Below are positions 30,030-38,794 of a stretch of 64,000 nt of DNA, in pieces; position 1 is the stretch's first letter; each line of letters opens with the position of its first letter. A program made the translations under genes and the position numbers. The DNA is from Candidatus Bathyarchaeota archaeon. Its GTDB lineage: Archaea; Thermoproteota; Bathyarchaeia; Bathyarchaeales; Bathycorpusculaceae. The notes under the pieces are model-generated. The model was not told the DNA's origin, made no database searches, and saw only the letters and a list, made by a program, of their open reading frames with translations. The stretch spans positions 96,001-160,000 of the forward strand of contig OY969706.1 in assembly GCA_963702095.1 (NCBI GenBank), in the 5' to 3' direction.

Positions 30030-31316
30030 ATGCCCGAGGGTAAAGAAGAAATCTACTCTATCATGTTCAGTTCACTTAAGCATCCTGCACGCCGCAAAAT
30101 CCTCCGCATACTCGCCGACAAACCCCTAGCATTCTCCGAGATGCTTGAGTTACTTGGCATCTCCAGCTCCAACCTGACCTACCACCTTGATAGCTTGGGT
30201 GAACTGGTCTCTAAAGACGAAAACGGCGTGTATAGGCTATCAACTTTTGGGAAGGCTTCGGTTAGCACCATGAAGATTGTTGAAGAAGCTCCCGAAGTGC
30301 AAACCCGAAAAACACGCAACGGTGCATCCCGCAAATGGAGAATGTTAACAGCAGTGCTGCTTATCACCATAATCTCGGTTTCAAGCGTCTATGCCCTGCA
30401 GTTTAACGCGATGACGCAAGCCACAAGCGACCGAGACGCTTTGCAGGCAAAGTATGATCAACTCTTGGCTTGGAGTACAACCACCAACAGCGCCTTAGAT
30501 TTCCTCCAAAACGTCGTTCAAATCGATGTTTCTAAATACCAAGAAACCCTTCTCAGCCGGACGATAGAGACCAAAAAAGACTTGGAGGGAGTTATTGAGG
30601 AAACCATGCATTACTCGCTTAGCAGTAGTGACAGCAAACTAGATGTTGTGTTCATTTTCCGTAATAACAAGCTTTCCCAGTATCAGTTGACCCCTCTTGA
30701 GGGAGCACCGATTTATTCAGTGGCTCAATCTCACGTTGTCTTAGACACCGCCAATTATCTACTGGATAGGTACAAAGCCTATCAGGGCGGCGCCTACCTT
30801 GATAACATGAGCCGAATTTTAGCAATAGCTAACGCGTCGCCGAACATCGAAATCAAAGAGGGCAATCTTAAAATGAACGCCAGCTTCGTCACTGCAGACG
30901 ACGCTCAAATCGCCATCATGTACACAGAAAACAACGTTGACTTTTCACCCAAAAGCTTAAGCCTCCTATTTCAGGGACGCACATTAACCAAGCTTGTCGA
31001 TGACTATTCACTCTACACCATCGGAAGCACTACTCTCAAGATTTCTAGTGAGCGCGCCACTGAGTTAGCGAAGAGTACTATCAACGGTTTCACTTACAGC
31101 GCGAATGGATTGGTGATCTCTAACTTTAAGACTATATCTGATCCTGCACCTGTTGTAAGCTTCCAGTCCAGCACTAAAAACGATTTAGCGCTCTACCCAC
31201 AGTACAAAATTATCTATTACCTAGACAAGGTCTACGCGAACAACTATTACCGTATCGCGGTGACGATTTGGGCTGACACTGGCGAAGTTGCGTCGATACA
31301 GCCACTGAACTACTAA
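30030..31316 (+). CDS. ArsR-type wHTH fused to a TM helix and extracellular domain
   Basis: SLKHPARRKIL..FSEM..SSNLTYHL; single TM near aa 105-125. Confidence 0.8.
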   Translation: MPEGKEEIYSIMFSSLKHPARRKILRILADKPLAFSEMLELLGISSSNLTYHLDSLGELVSKDENGVYRLSTFGKASVSTMKIVEEAPEVQTRKTRNGASRKWRMLTAVLLITIISVSSVYALQFNAMTQATSDRDALQAKYDQLLAWSTTTNSALDFLQNVVQIDVSKYQETLLSRTIETKKDLEGVIEETMHYSLSSSDSKLDVVFIFRNNKLSQYQLTPLEGAPIYSVAQSHVVLDTANYLLDRYKAYQGGAYLDNMSRILAIANASPNIEIKEGNLKMNASFVTADDAQIAIMYTENNVDFSPKSLSLLFQGRTLTKLVDDYSLYTIGSTTLKISSERATELAKSTINGFTYSANGLVISNFKTISDPAPVVSFQSSTKNDLALYPQYKIIYYLDKVYANNYYRIAVTIWADTGEVASIQPLNY

Positions 31317-31408
31317 ACAGAAAGACGAAAATCAGGTTTGAATTGGTAACGCATTTTGCAGGCTGACTTGGGAAAAATTTTATATGAAGAGCCGTTGACT
31401 ACTCAAAC

Positions 31409-32131
31409 ATGGCTCCTAATAAAAAACGTCAAAACAAGCAAACGCCGAAAAAAGGAATGCAGAAAAAATCTAACAAGACAACATGGTATGCAATAGTTGC
31501 CATAACGATTATTCTAGTTATTTTTGGAGCATTAGCTGCAACGGGACAGCTAGGTAACAGCACAAGCACCACAAGCAATACAGCCACCCCCACGGCGACA
31601 CCTGCCACCACCGCTACCCCGATACCTGCTTCGTCTGACCCCTACGCAAGCGCAACAGAGGTCCTACTTCACACAAGCATGGGCGACATAACCATCGCGC
31701 TCAGAAACGACATGCCCATAACAACGGCAAACTTCATAAACCTTGTAGAGGAGGGCAAATACGACAACACCATCTTCCACCGCGTTATCGAGGGTTTCAT
31801 GATTCAAGGCGGAGACCCCACCGGCACAGGATACGGCGACTCATCGATACCCACAATCCAAGACGAATTCACAACCACCAACCACAACTACAACGGCACC
31901 ATAGCCATGGCTAACACAGGTCAACCCAACACTGGAAGCAGCCAATTCTTCATCAACGTCGCAGACAACAACAACCTCTACTCAGCATTTGATAGCGCCT
32001 ATCCGGCATTCGGAAAAGTCGTCTCGGGCATGGATGTTGTCATGGCAATATCTCATGTGGCTGTACAGGATACTACTGACTACAAACCCGTAGAAAACGT
32101 TACTTTGATCGGCGCTTCAATAATCTCGTAA
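31409..32131 (+). CDS. Membrane-anchored cyclophilin-type peptidyl-prolyl isomerase
   Basis: N-terminal TM and Thr linker; FHRVIEGFMIQGGDPTG, SQFFIN. Confidence 0.92.
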   Translation: MAPNKKRQNKQTPKKGMQKKSNKTTWYAIVAITIILVIFGALAATGQLGNSTSTTSNTATPTATPATTATPIPASSDPYASATEVLLHTSMGDITIALRNDMPITTANFINLVEEGKYDNTIFHRVIEGFMIQGGDPTGTGYGDSSIPTIQDEFTTTNHNYNGTIAMANTGQPNTGSSQFFINVADNNNLYSAFDSAYPAFGKVVSGMDVVMAISHVAVQDTTDYKPVENVTLIGASIIS

Positions 32132-32239
32132 ACAATTTTCCCTCTTCTTTGTAATGTTGTTAGAAAAAATTGGGCTCTTGACCTTCTGGGCAATAACCAT
32201 AAATGGTTCTTTTTAATTCGTGTATGTCGGCGAATATTT

Positions 32240-32749
32240 ATGGTAGAGACAAACCCAACCCAACCCCCAACGGCAGATCCATACGCTAATGGAGTAAAAC
32301 TTCTTCTCCACACAAACATGGGCGACATAACCATCCAACTTAGAAACGATATGCCCATAACTACAGAGAACTTCAAAAACTTGGTTCAACAGGGAACTTT
32401 CAACGCCACCATATTCCACAGGGTCATCAGCGATTTCATGATTCAAGGCGGCGACCCCACAGGCACCGGTTGCGGCGACCCCTCGATACCTGACATCAAA
32501 GACGAATTCACCCGCAAAAACCACAACGACCGCGGCACCATCGCCATGGCAAACGCTGGTCCAAACACTGGAAGCAGCCAATTCTTCATCAACCTAGTAG
32601 ACAACAACTATTTAGACAGCAAGCATCCCCAGTTCGGCAAAGTAGTAGCGGGGATGGATGTCGTGGACAAAATCGCCAAAGTCAGAACAGACCCCAGAGA
32701 CAAACCACTAAAAGACGTTGTAATAGTTAACGCGTCGATTGTGCCATAA
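32240..32749 (+). CDS. Cytoplasmic cyclophilin-type PPIase
   Basis: FHRVISDFMIQGGDPTG, AMANAGPNTGSSQFFIN. Confidence 0.93.
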   Translation: MVETNPTQPPTADPYANGVKLLLHTNMGDITIQLRNDMPITTENFKNLVQQGTFNATIFHRVISDFMIQGGDPTGTGCGDPSIPDIKDEFTRKNHNDRGTIAMANAGPNTGSSQFFINLVDNNYLDSKHPQFGKVVAGMDVVDKIAKVRTDPRDKPLKDVVIVNASIVP

Positions 32750-32773
32750 AAAAGCAAAAAGTGGAAAATCAGG

Positions 32774-32986
32774 TTACTTTTTCTTTTCTTCTTCTGGCTT
32801 AGGCTTTGACCCGATTTCTACTACTTGTATGCTTATCTGGTACTTTTTGCCTCCAGCCACCATTTTTCCTGTTCCGTAGTATCCTCGGCTGCCTGTTTTG
32901 AAGTCTTTTTTGTCGATAATAAAACTCTGTTTGTCACCGTTTAACTGAATAGTTGCCATGTTTGCTTGTTCACTCACATGAGTCAC
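32774..32986 (-). CDS. Small basic beta-rich hypothetical protein
   Basis: FKTGSRGYYGTGK...YQISIQVVEIGSK; AGGTGA RBS-like sequence near the start. Confidence 0.7.
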   Translation of the reverse strand: MTHVSEQANMATIQLNGDKQSFIIDKKDFKTGSRGYYGTGKMVAGGKKYQISIQVVEIGSKPKPEEEKKK

Positions 32987-33129
32987 CTGTCTTGTGTATT
33001 ATCGCAGTAGCTTTTCACCTTTTCGCTCAAAACGCCTATCATATTAACTGGCAAGCCAGAAAATGTGTCACTGCAGCGCTGAACAAAAAAGAGGTGAATT
33101 ATTTCCAGTTTGACTGGTTTTGATGCTCA

Positions 33130-33462
33130 CTAACTTTTCGCTTCTGGGGGAACAAATGCTGGCGCGACAAGCGATTTTTTGCGCCTTATGACTATTCCAG
33201 CGCCTAAAGTGGCGAGTTCAACAGCAAACAACGAACCTAGACCGATCATAGCAGCTATGTTACTCTCTGTTATGGCGTAAATAAATCCGGCGCCGAAAAT
33301 AGCAGCGCCAAAGCCGCCGATTAACAGCAGTATAAGACCGATCAACCGCTTTCTTGTAGGCAGAAAACGCGAAAGCCCTAACCCCACGATAAGAATTGCA
33401 ATTGGAGCAATTAATACAAACAATCCTAATGCAATATCAGATGCCGATGCCGCCATAGCCAT
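33130..33462 (-). CDS. Small 3-TM membrane protein
   Basis: Hydrophobic helices; GGAG upstream. Confidence 0.65.
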   Translation of the reverse strand: MAMAASASDIALGLFVLIAPIAILIVGLGLSRFLPTRKRLIGLILLLIGGFGAAIFGAGFIYAITESNIAAMIGLGSLFAVELATLGAGIVIRRKKSLVAPAFVPPEAKS

Positions 33463-33570
33463 CTCCAGCTAGTCACTTAAGCAGTTTAGCTTATTAATTT
33501 TTATTATGACAATTTTAAATAAGCCTTTTAAGAGGCAAAGCGCTAAACAGAAGACCTCTAGGTAGCAGCA

Positions 33571-34575
33571 TTGAAGCACAAACTAACTAAACTACTCATG
33601 CTACTTCTATGTGCATCTACATTATTGATAAGTGTAAAACCTGCGTTTTGCTGGAGTAACGGAGGCTACTCAGATTACCCCGCCAACCCCGATTATGGCA
33701 CTCACGACTGGATTGCCCAACACGCCCTCGACTATCTGCCAGCAGAAGAAAAAAAGTACATAACCGATAATCTTGCTGTTTACCTCTTGGGCACTGAGTT
33801 GCCCGACAACAGCGATGACGCGATAGGCGGAATCGGGGACACCGCCAAACACCACGTCTACTACTCAGCCGCCGAAGCCTTAACCGATGATGCCTCAGCC
33901 CAGAGAGCACAAACCGAGTATGAATTGGCGTTGTCCTATCTAAAAGCTAACGATTTAGTTAATGCCGCAAAAACCGCTGGAACCATGACTCACTACATCG
34001 CCGATTTGGGCGTTTTTGGGCACGTTATGGGTTCTTCGACCGATTGGGGCGCTGAAACTCACCATAGCGACTACGAAAGCTACGTTAACACCCGAACCAA
34101 CGCTTACTCAGACACCTTCAACACCTACCTATCCTACGACGGCAGCTTAACCACCATCACCGCCTACAACGCCACCCTAAACCTGGCGTATGACACTACT
34201 TTTGGCGGAAGTAGCCACCTAAGCTGTGTATGGATGGACACCAACTACAACTGGGGTAACGTACAGTTTAGCGGCAGATGTGGGGAATCCCTGAATTTAG
34301 CAGTTAACGCAGTAGCCGACGTTCTCCATACTCTCTACACACAGGCATCGCCCTCAGCCTCTCAAACCCCCTCCCCAGCACCTACGCCAACCTCTCAATC
34401 AACCAATACGCAATCGCCTACAAACCCGCCGTCAACAACACCCACACAGACTTCTGGGTCGCCGACTTCAACACCTGTGGCCCCAGAGTTTCCAGCAGCC
34501 CAAAACACAGTGGTCGTCATGTTAGCTGTTCTTGTTTTGGGAATCGCCTACAAGAAACAAGCATCAAAACAATAA
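33571..34575 (+). CDS. Secreted zinc-dependent phospholipase C/S1-P1 nuclease-fold protein with PEF-type C-terminal sorting signal
   Basis: Signal peptide then W..; THDWIA, HYIAD and HSDYE Zn ligands; Ser/Thr/Pro linker; PEFP-TM-KK. Confidence 0.8.
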   Translation: MKHKLTKLLMLLLCASTLLISVKPAFCWSNGGYSDYPANPDYGTHDWIAQHALDYLPAEEKKYITDNLAVYLLGTELPDNSDDAIGGIGDTAKHHVYYSAAEALTDDASAQRAQTEYELALSYLKANDLVNAAKTAGTMTHYIADLGVFGHVMGSSTDWGAETHHSDYESYVNTRTNAYSDTFNTYLSYDGSLTTITAYNATLNLAYDTTFGGSSHLSCVWMDTNYNWGNVQFSGRCGESLNLAVNAVADVLHTLYTQASPSASQTPSPAPTPTSQSTNTQSPTNPPSTTPTQTSGSPTSTPVAPEFPAAQNTVVVMLAVLVLGIAYKKQASKQ

Positions 34576-34583
34576 GTCCCAGA

Positions 34584-34838
34584 TTATATTTCCGCCGATT
34601 TGCCTTGTATGCAGTAGTACATTTGATCTAGCGAATACTTACTCCAAACAGGGCACGTGGGACAGGAGCAGCCGGCTTGCTTAGCCTTCTCTGGTGCTTT
34701 GCCTCGGGCGCAGAAAAGAGTGTTGCTTAATCGGCTTTGCTTGTAGGTGGGGCATGTGGGGCACACGCATATTTTCGTGTTTTCTTCGTTGTCAGGAACA
34801 GGGTTACCCAAAACGTCACCAAAACAACTCTTGTCCAT
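34584..34838 (-). CDS. DUF2769-like Cys-rich protein
   Basis: CxCPTCPTY..LFCARG..CxCPTCPV..YYC. Confidence 0.75.
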   Translation of the reverse strand: MDKSCFGDVLGNPVPDNEENTKICVCPTCPTYKQSRLSNTLFCARGKAPEKAKQAGCSCPTCPVWSKYSLDQMYYCIQGKSAEI

Positions 34839-34959
34839 AAACTAATAGTGTTATGTGACTGCCTAGAGGTCTCTACAAAAAAGAGGCAACTTGTACGTTG
34901 AATGCTTCTTTGACTAAAAATATAAAGATGTCTTTGCGTGTTTTCTTCTTTGGTGTGGA

Positions 34960-35223
34960 ATGATTCTTTCAGCTTTTATTATGGTGCCCGTTCCATCGAG
35001 TCACAGTTGTGTTGTGATATGCCCCAGATGCAACTCCCAAGCAACCTCCGCTGCTAATTACTGCAGTGCCTGTGGGGCAACCCTAAAACCAACGGTGATT
35101 CTCAAGATTTGTCCTCGATGCAGAAACCGAATTGCTGAGTCAGCGAAGTTTTGCCCTGAATGCGGACAAAAACAATTAGATGGCTCAGCCTATTGGATGC
35201 CTTTGTCGCCGTATTTGTTATGA
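34960..35223 (+). CDS. Double zinc-ribbon protein
   Basis: Four CxxC pairs (CPRC, CSAC, CPRC, CPEC). Confidence 0.7.
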   Translation: MILSAFIMVPVPSSHSCVVICPRCNSQATSAANYCSACGATLKPTVILKICPRCRNRIAESAKFCPECGQKQLDGSAYWMPLSPYLL

Positions 35224-35921
35224 TGAGTAAAGTCAGCTATTTCCCGGCGGACCCGCAAACCTTTTGCCGCTGCAACGGGGTAGCCTAATCGGATTGTATA
35301 AGCGATTTTTAGGTGTTCAGGCACGCCCAGAATCTGCTTTAACTCTTTTTCCACAGAGGCAGTTGCAGATAAACTTAAAATTTGTAAGCTAATCCCCAAT
35401 GCCTCAGCGGCTAACCAAATGTTCTCCATAAGGCAACCTAGACTCATGAATCCCAAAACGTCTCCGCCGCTGGCAGGCGCCCTCTTCGTCGGGTCATAGA
35501 ACACCAGCAGGAGTGTGGGGCTGCCCCTGATGTTGTTCGCAAGCGCGATAGGCGCTGATTCTCGGAGTACAAACGGTATTTTGGCTGGGTCAACCCAGTC
35601 AGGCGGAAACCCAGCTGCCAATATTCCAGTTTTCTTTTTCTGCAATTCTTCAGTTGAGAAAGACAACTGCTCATAGTTCTCGCGGAGAAACTCTTCGGAG
35701 ATGCGTGACTTGATTTTAGCCATTTCCCCCAGAACTTCTGAGTCATCGACTATGACGATTTCAAAGTTTTGCATGTTATGCGCTGTAGGTGTCCACCGCG
35801 CTGCCTCAAGTATGTACCTCAGGTCTTCTTTGGAGATTGGCCTGTTGGGATCGAATGGTACACGGTTGGAATGGCGTTCTTTGATAACTTTTAAAACTTC
35901 ACTCATGAGACGACCACACAA
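35190..35921 (-). CDS. Nitroreductase family protein
   Basis: RHSNR, AARWTPTAHNMQ, ENIWLAAEALG, LGYP. Confidence 0.88.
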   Translation of the reverse strand: MCGRLMSEVLKVIKERHSNRVPFDPNRPISKEDLRYILEAARWTPTAHNMQNFEIVIVDDSEVLGEMAKIKSRISEEFLRENYEQLSFSTEELQKKKTGILAAGFPPDWVDPAKIPFVLRESAPIALANNIRGSPTLLLVFYDPTKRAPASGGDVLGFMSLGCLMENIWLAAEALGISLQILSLSATASVEKELKQILGVPEHLKIAYTIRLGYPVAAAKGLRVRREIADFTHHNKYGDKGIQ

Positions 35922-35962
35922 ACCTTTAGTGGATGGCTTGGTAAAAACGTGACTGTTTGGAG

Positions 35963-36035
35963 TGCGGTTGCCGGGATTTGAACCCGGGTAGCCAGCTTGG
36001 GAAGCTGGAGTCCTACCGAGCTAGACTACAACCGC
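35963..36035 (-). tRNA. tRNA-Gly(CCC)
   Basis: Acceptor GCGGTTG/CAACCGC, anticodon arm CCAGC-TTCCCAA-GCTGG, T-loop TTCAAAT; CCA not encoded. Confidence 0.95.
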
Positions 36036-36114
36036 GCATTCTTAGGAGCTATCAGAAACCTGTTGGGGTTATTTTAGGATTCTGTCACCTTCAATTGTCT
36101 AAGAGTGCCCTCTT

Positions 36115-36258
36115 TGGCAAAGCTGCTTGGGGAATCCGCCACAACCAACCTGCAACTAAAAGGGGTCGCTGACGCCAAAAAACAGCGTCCCTAACAAACC
36201 GTTGCTTGTTGTTGTGTATAGGCGCTTCCCAGCAACAACAACTAAAGAAAAAAGGAGT
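36115..36258 (+). repeat. Intergenic repeat family B, copy B1
   Basis: CTGCTTG..CCACAACC...TTGTTGTTGTGTATAGGCG..CAGCAACAACAA hairpin; homologs at 42035-42180 and 56320-56470. Confidence 0.75.
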
Positions 36259-36259
36259 C

Positions 36260-37114
36260 TTACCTTAGAAGCCTCTCAGCATCAACCGAGTAGCCCAAGC
36301 CAATGAGCTCACGTATAAGCGCATGCCTCCAACTGCCCCGGTCGTCGAGCGCAGTAAATTTTACGCCTTCAAACTCTATTGGAAATGCAAAGTTCGGGCT
36401 CTCCCTATAGAAAGCCAGCACCCTATCCTTCCCAAGTTTACCCAACAGGAAGCCAAACATCAAAATCACGTCTTGGCGTGGAGTGCGTATGCGTTTTGTA
36501 GCTTCTTCCCCCTTTGGGTAAACGTAGATGTCAGGCGAAAGCAAAACCACAGCAAACCCCACATCCTTATAATCTGCAAAGCGTTCCACGATTTTTTTGC
36601 CCTGATTGGGCTCTTCAGCCATAACTACAGCGGCGAGACCGAGTTTTCTTAATGAGCCTATGATGGTTTGCTTCATTGTTTCGTCTGTTCCAGAAACAAC
36701 AATTATCCGTCGCGGCACGCCACTTGGAGTTGAAGCCACCGGTTTAGCTTGCTGGTCAGTCGCTTTGGTTTTTTGGGTTACAGCGACGAATTCTTCGGTG
36801 CACACATAAATGCCTTTGACTTTGCCTTTTAGGATGTTGTCGATGACGTATTTTTTGTCTTTGACGACTATGATATTTTCATGGTTGGGTAGGCGCAGTT
36901 GGTCGGCTGTTTCGTAGGACCAGAAGATTACGATTTTTGTGACTTTGATGGGGTTGAGGAGTCGTCCCATGAACCAGAAGGGTTCGCCGTTGGCAAAGGG
37001 TTCTTGGAATGCCCCCACTAGTTCCGCGTGGGAAACGTTGAAGCGGAAACCTGACTTGTCGGACTCGCTGTATTCGATGTAGATGTGGTATTTGGGCGTT
37101 GGCAATTTAATCAA
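36260..37114 (-). CDS. TIR-like nucleotide-binding domain protein (Cap12/Pycsar-type TIR) with degenerate active site
   Basis: IIVVSGTD..LGL..EEPNQG..VGFAVVLLSPD..PRQDVILMFGFLLGKLGKDRV. Confidence 0.75.
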   Translation of the reverse strand: MIKLPTPKYHIYIEYSESDKSGFRFNVSHAELVGAFQEPFANGEPFWFMGRLLNPIKVTKIVIFWSYETADQLRLPNHENIIVVKDKKYVIDNILKGKVKGIYVCTEEFVAVTQKTKATDQQAKPVASTPSGVPRRIIVVSGTDETMKQTIIGSLRKLGLAAVVMAEEPNQGKKIVERFADYKDVGFAVVLLSPDIYVYPKGEEATKRIRTPRQDVILMFGFLLGKLGKDRVLAFYRESPNFAFPIEFEGVKFTALDDRGSWRHALIRELIGLGYSVDAERLLR

Positions 37115-37164
37115 AGTCTACTCTGCGTGTTCAATGCACAAAAACGTTGCCCTGCCGCTTTCTG

Positions 37165-37340
37165 CTAGTGGCGGGCTCCTCAACCAGCCTGCAATCCATA
37201 GCAGACGTGGATGCCAAAAAGAGCAATTCTGCCAAGTCCGCAAGAAGAAGATGAGCAAGGGCGCCCCCTCTTCTTCTTAAACTAGAAAAAACAAACCCCA
37301 AACGGCATCTCCATAAAATAAAGCATCCAACAGGAAACGT
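37165..37340 (+). repeat. Intergenic repeat family C, copy C1
   Basis: CAACCAGCCTGCAA...GCCAAAAAG..GCCAAGTCCGCA..GATGAG.AAGGG matches the reverse complement of 44590-44775. Confidence 0.7.
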
Positions 37341-37394
37341 AATTGTTATCAGACACCGCCCCACACATAAGCGTGCAAGGAGCAACAGCCTTCA

Positions 37395-38477
37395 ATGCCC
37401 AAAAACTACACCTACACCGACGCAGGCGTCAACCGAGCACAACGCCACGAATCCAAAAAAGCACTCTCAACCCTCAGTGAAACCTACAAGCACATCGGCT
37501 TCGGCGGCATCATGCACCTGCCATACGGCAACATCTTCCCACTCGCAAAGGACACGTTTTTGGACCTCCAAATCGAAGGCGTCGGCACCAAAGTCTTAAT
37601 CGCCCAACTCGCAGACAAATACGACACCATCGGCATAGACGCAGTCGCTATGGTGGTAAACGACGTTATCCGCAGCGGCGCAAAACCGCTTGCCTTAGCA
37701 GACAACATTCACGCGGTAGCCAGCGAACCCTCACTCGTTAACGCCTGGCTCAAAGGCATAATTGAGGGCGCAGAGCAATCCATGTGTCCAGTCGTGAATG
37801 GCGAAACAGGTGACGTAGCCGAAATCATCCGCGGCATCAAGCCCAATTCTGGTTTTGACATGGTTGCCTCCTGCGTGGGCAAAGTGGAGCGCCAAAACAT
37901 CATAACTGGCATGGGCATCAAACCCGGTGACCCCATCATCGGCTTGCCCAGCAGCGGCGTCCACAGCAACGGCATCACGCTTGTCCGCAAGATTCTCTTC
38001 AAGCAATGGGGAGGCAAATACGACGCCACCGACATCCCAGAGGGCTTATACCGCGAAGTGGCACTCGAAGCGTTGGAGCCCACCAAAATCTACGTTAACC
38101 CCCTCCTCAAGTTGACACAGGAAGTCAAGGTTAAGGGTGCGGTCCACATTACAGGCGACGCCTACACCAAGTTCAACAACCTCGCCAACTACTCGGCGGG
38201 CATCGGTTTCTGCTTTGACAATTTCAATCCCCAACCCATCTTCGGCGTGATTCAGCGAACCGCGTCGGAGCTTGGTTACATTATTACCGACGAGGAAATG
38301 TTTCGGACTTTTAACATGGGCTGGGGCTTCGGCATCATCGTGGATAAAGCCGACGTCGACAAAGCCATGGATATCCTTGAGCAGGACAGCGTGCAACCGC
38401 AGGTCATCGGCGAAGTCACAGACAAAGAACGCGTCGTCGAGATAGTGCACGGGAAAAAACGCATGGTTCTGTCGTAG
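37395..38477 (+). CDS. purM: Phosphoribosylformylglycinamidine cyclo-ligase
   Basis: YTDAGVN, EGVGTK, GETG, SSGVHSNG, HITG, TFNMG. Confidence 0.95.
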   Translation: MPKNYTYTDAGVNRAQRHESKKALSTLSETYKHIGFGGIMHLPYGNIFPLAKDTFLDLQIEGVGTKVLIAQLADKYDTIGIDAVAMVVNDVIRSGAKPLALADNIHAVASEPSLVNAWLKGIIEGAEQSMCPVVNGETGDVAEIIRGIKPNSGFDMVASCVGKVERQNIITGMGIKPGDPIIGLPSSGVHSNGITLVRKILFKQWGGKYDATDIPEGLYREVALEALEPTKIYVNPLLKLTQEVKVKGAVHITGDAYTKFNNLANYSAGIGFCFDNFNPQPIFGVIQRTASELGYIITDEEMFRTFNMGWGFGIIVDKADVDKAMDILEQDSVQPQVIGEVTDKERVVEIVHGKKRMVLS

Positions 38478-38536
38478 GGTTTTGCATTGTTTGTGACGAA
38501 AGCGTTTAAATCCTTATAGCTTAATTTAAAGGCTTT

Positions 38537-38794
38537 ATGAAATACGCTGCCAAAATTGAAGTCAGCCTCAAACCCGGACACAGCAACCCGGAAGGCGAAA
38601 CCACCCAGCGACTCCTCGTCGAACTCGGCTACAAAGTCGCAGCAGTCGACGTGAGCAAAGTCTACACCGTCGACCTCGAAGCGGCTTCAGCGGCTCAGGC
38701 AAAGGCGAAAGCGGAGGAAATGAGCAAGCGCCTCTTGGCTAACCCAACCAAAGACAACTACACCATAAGTGTCGTTGAGAAGAATGACCGCTAA
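38537..38794 (+). CDS. purS: FGAM synthase subunit PurS
   Basis: LKPG..PEG and LLANP motifs. Confidence 0.93.
   Translation: MKYAAKIEVSLKPGHSNPEGETTQRLLVELGYKVAAVDVSKVYTVDLEAASAAQAKAKAEEMSKRLLANPTKDNYTISVVEKNDR

Noticed and set aside
35963-36035. tRNA-Gly or tRNA-Arg as the integration site of an island
   Set aside because: No duplicated tRNA 3' end was seen in the window; the only integrase is explained by the endoQ att pair.
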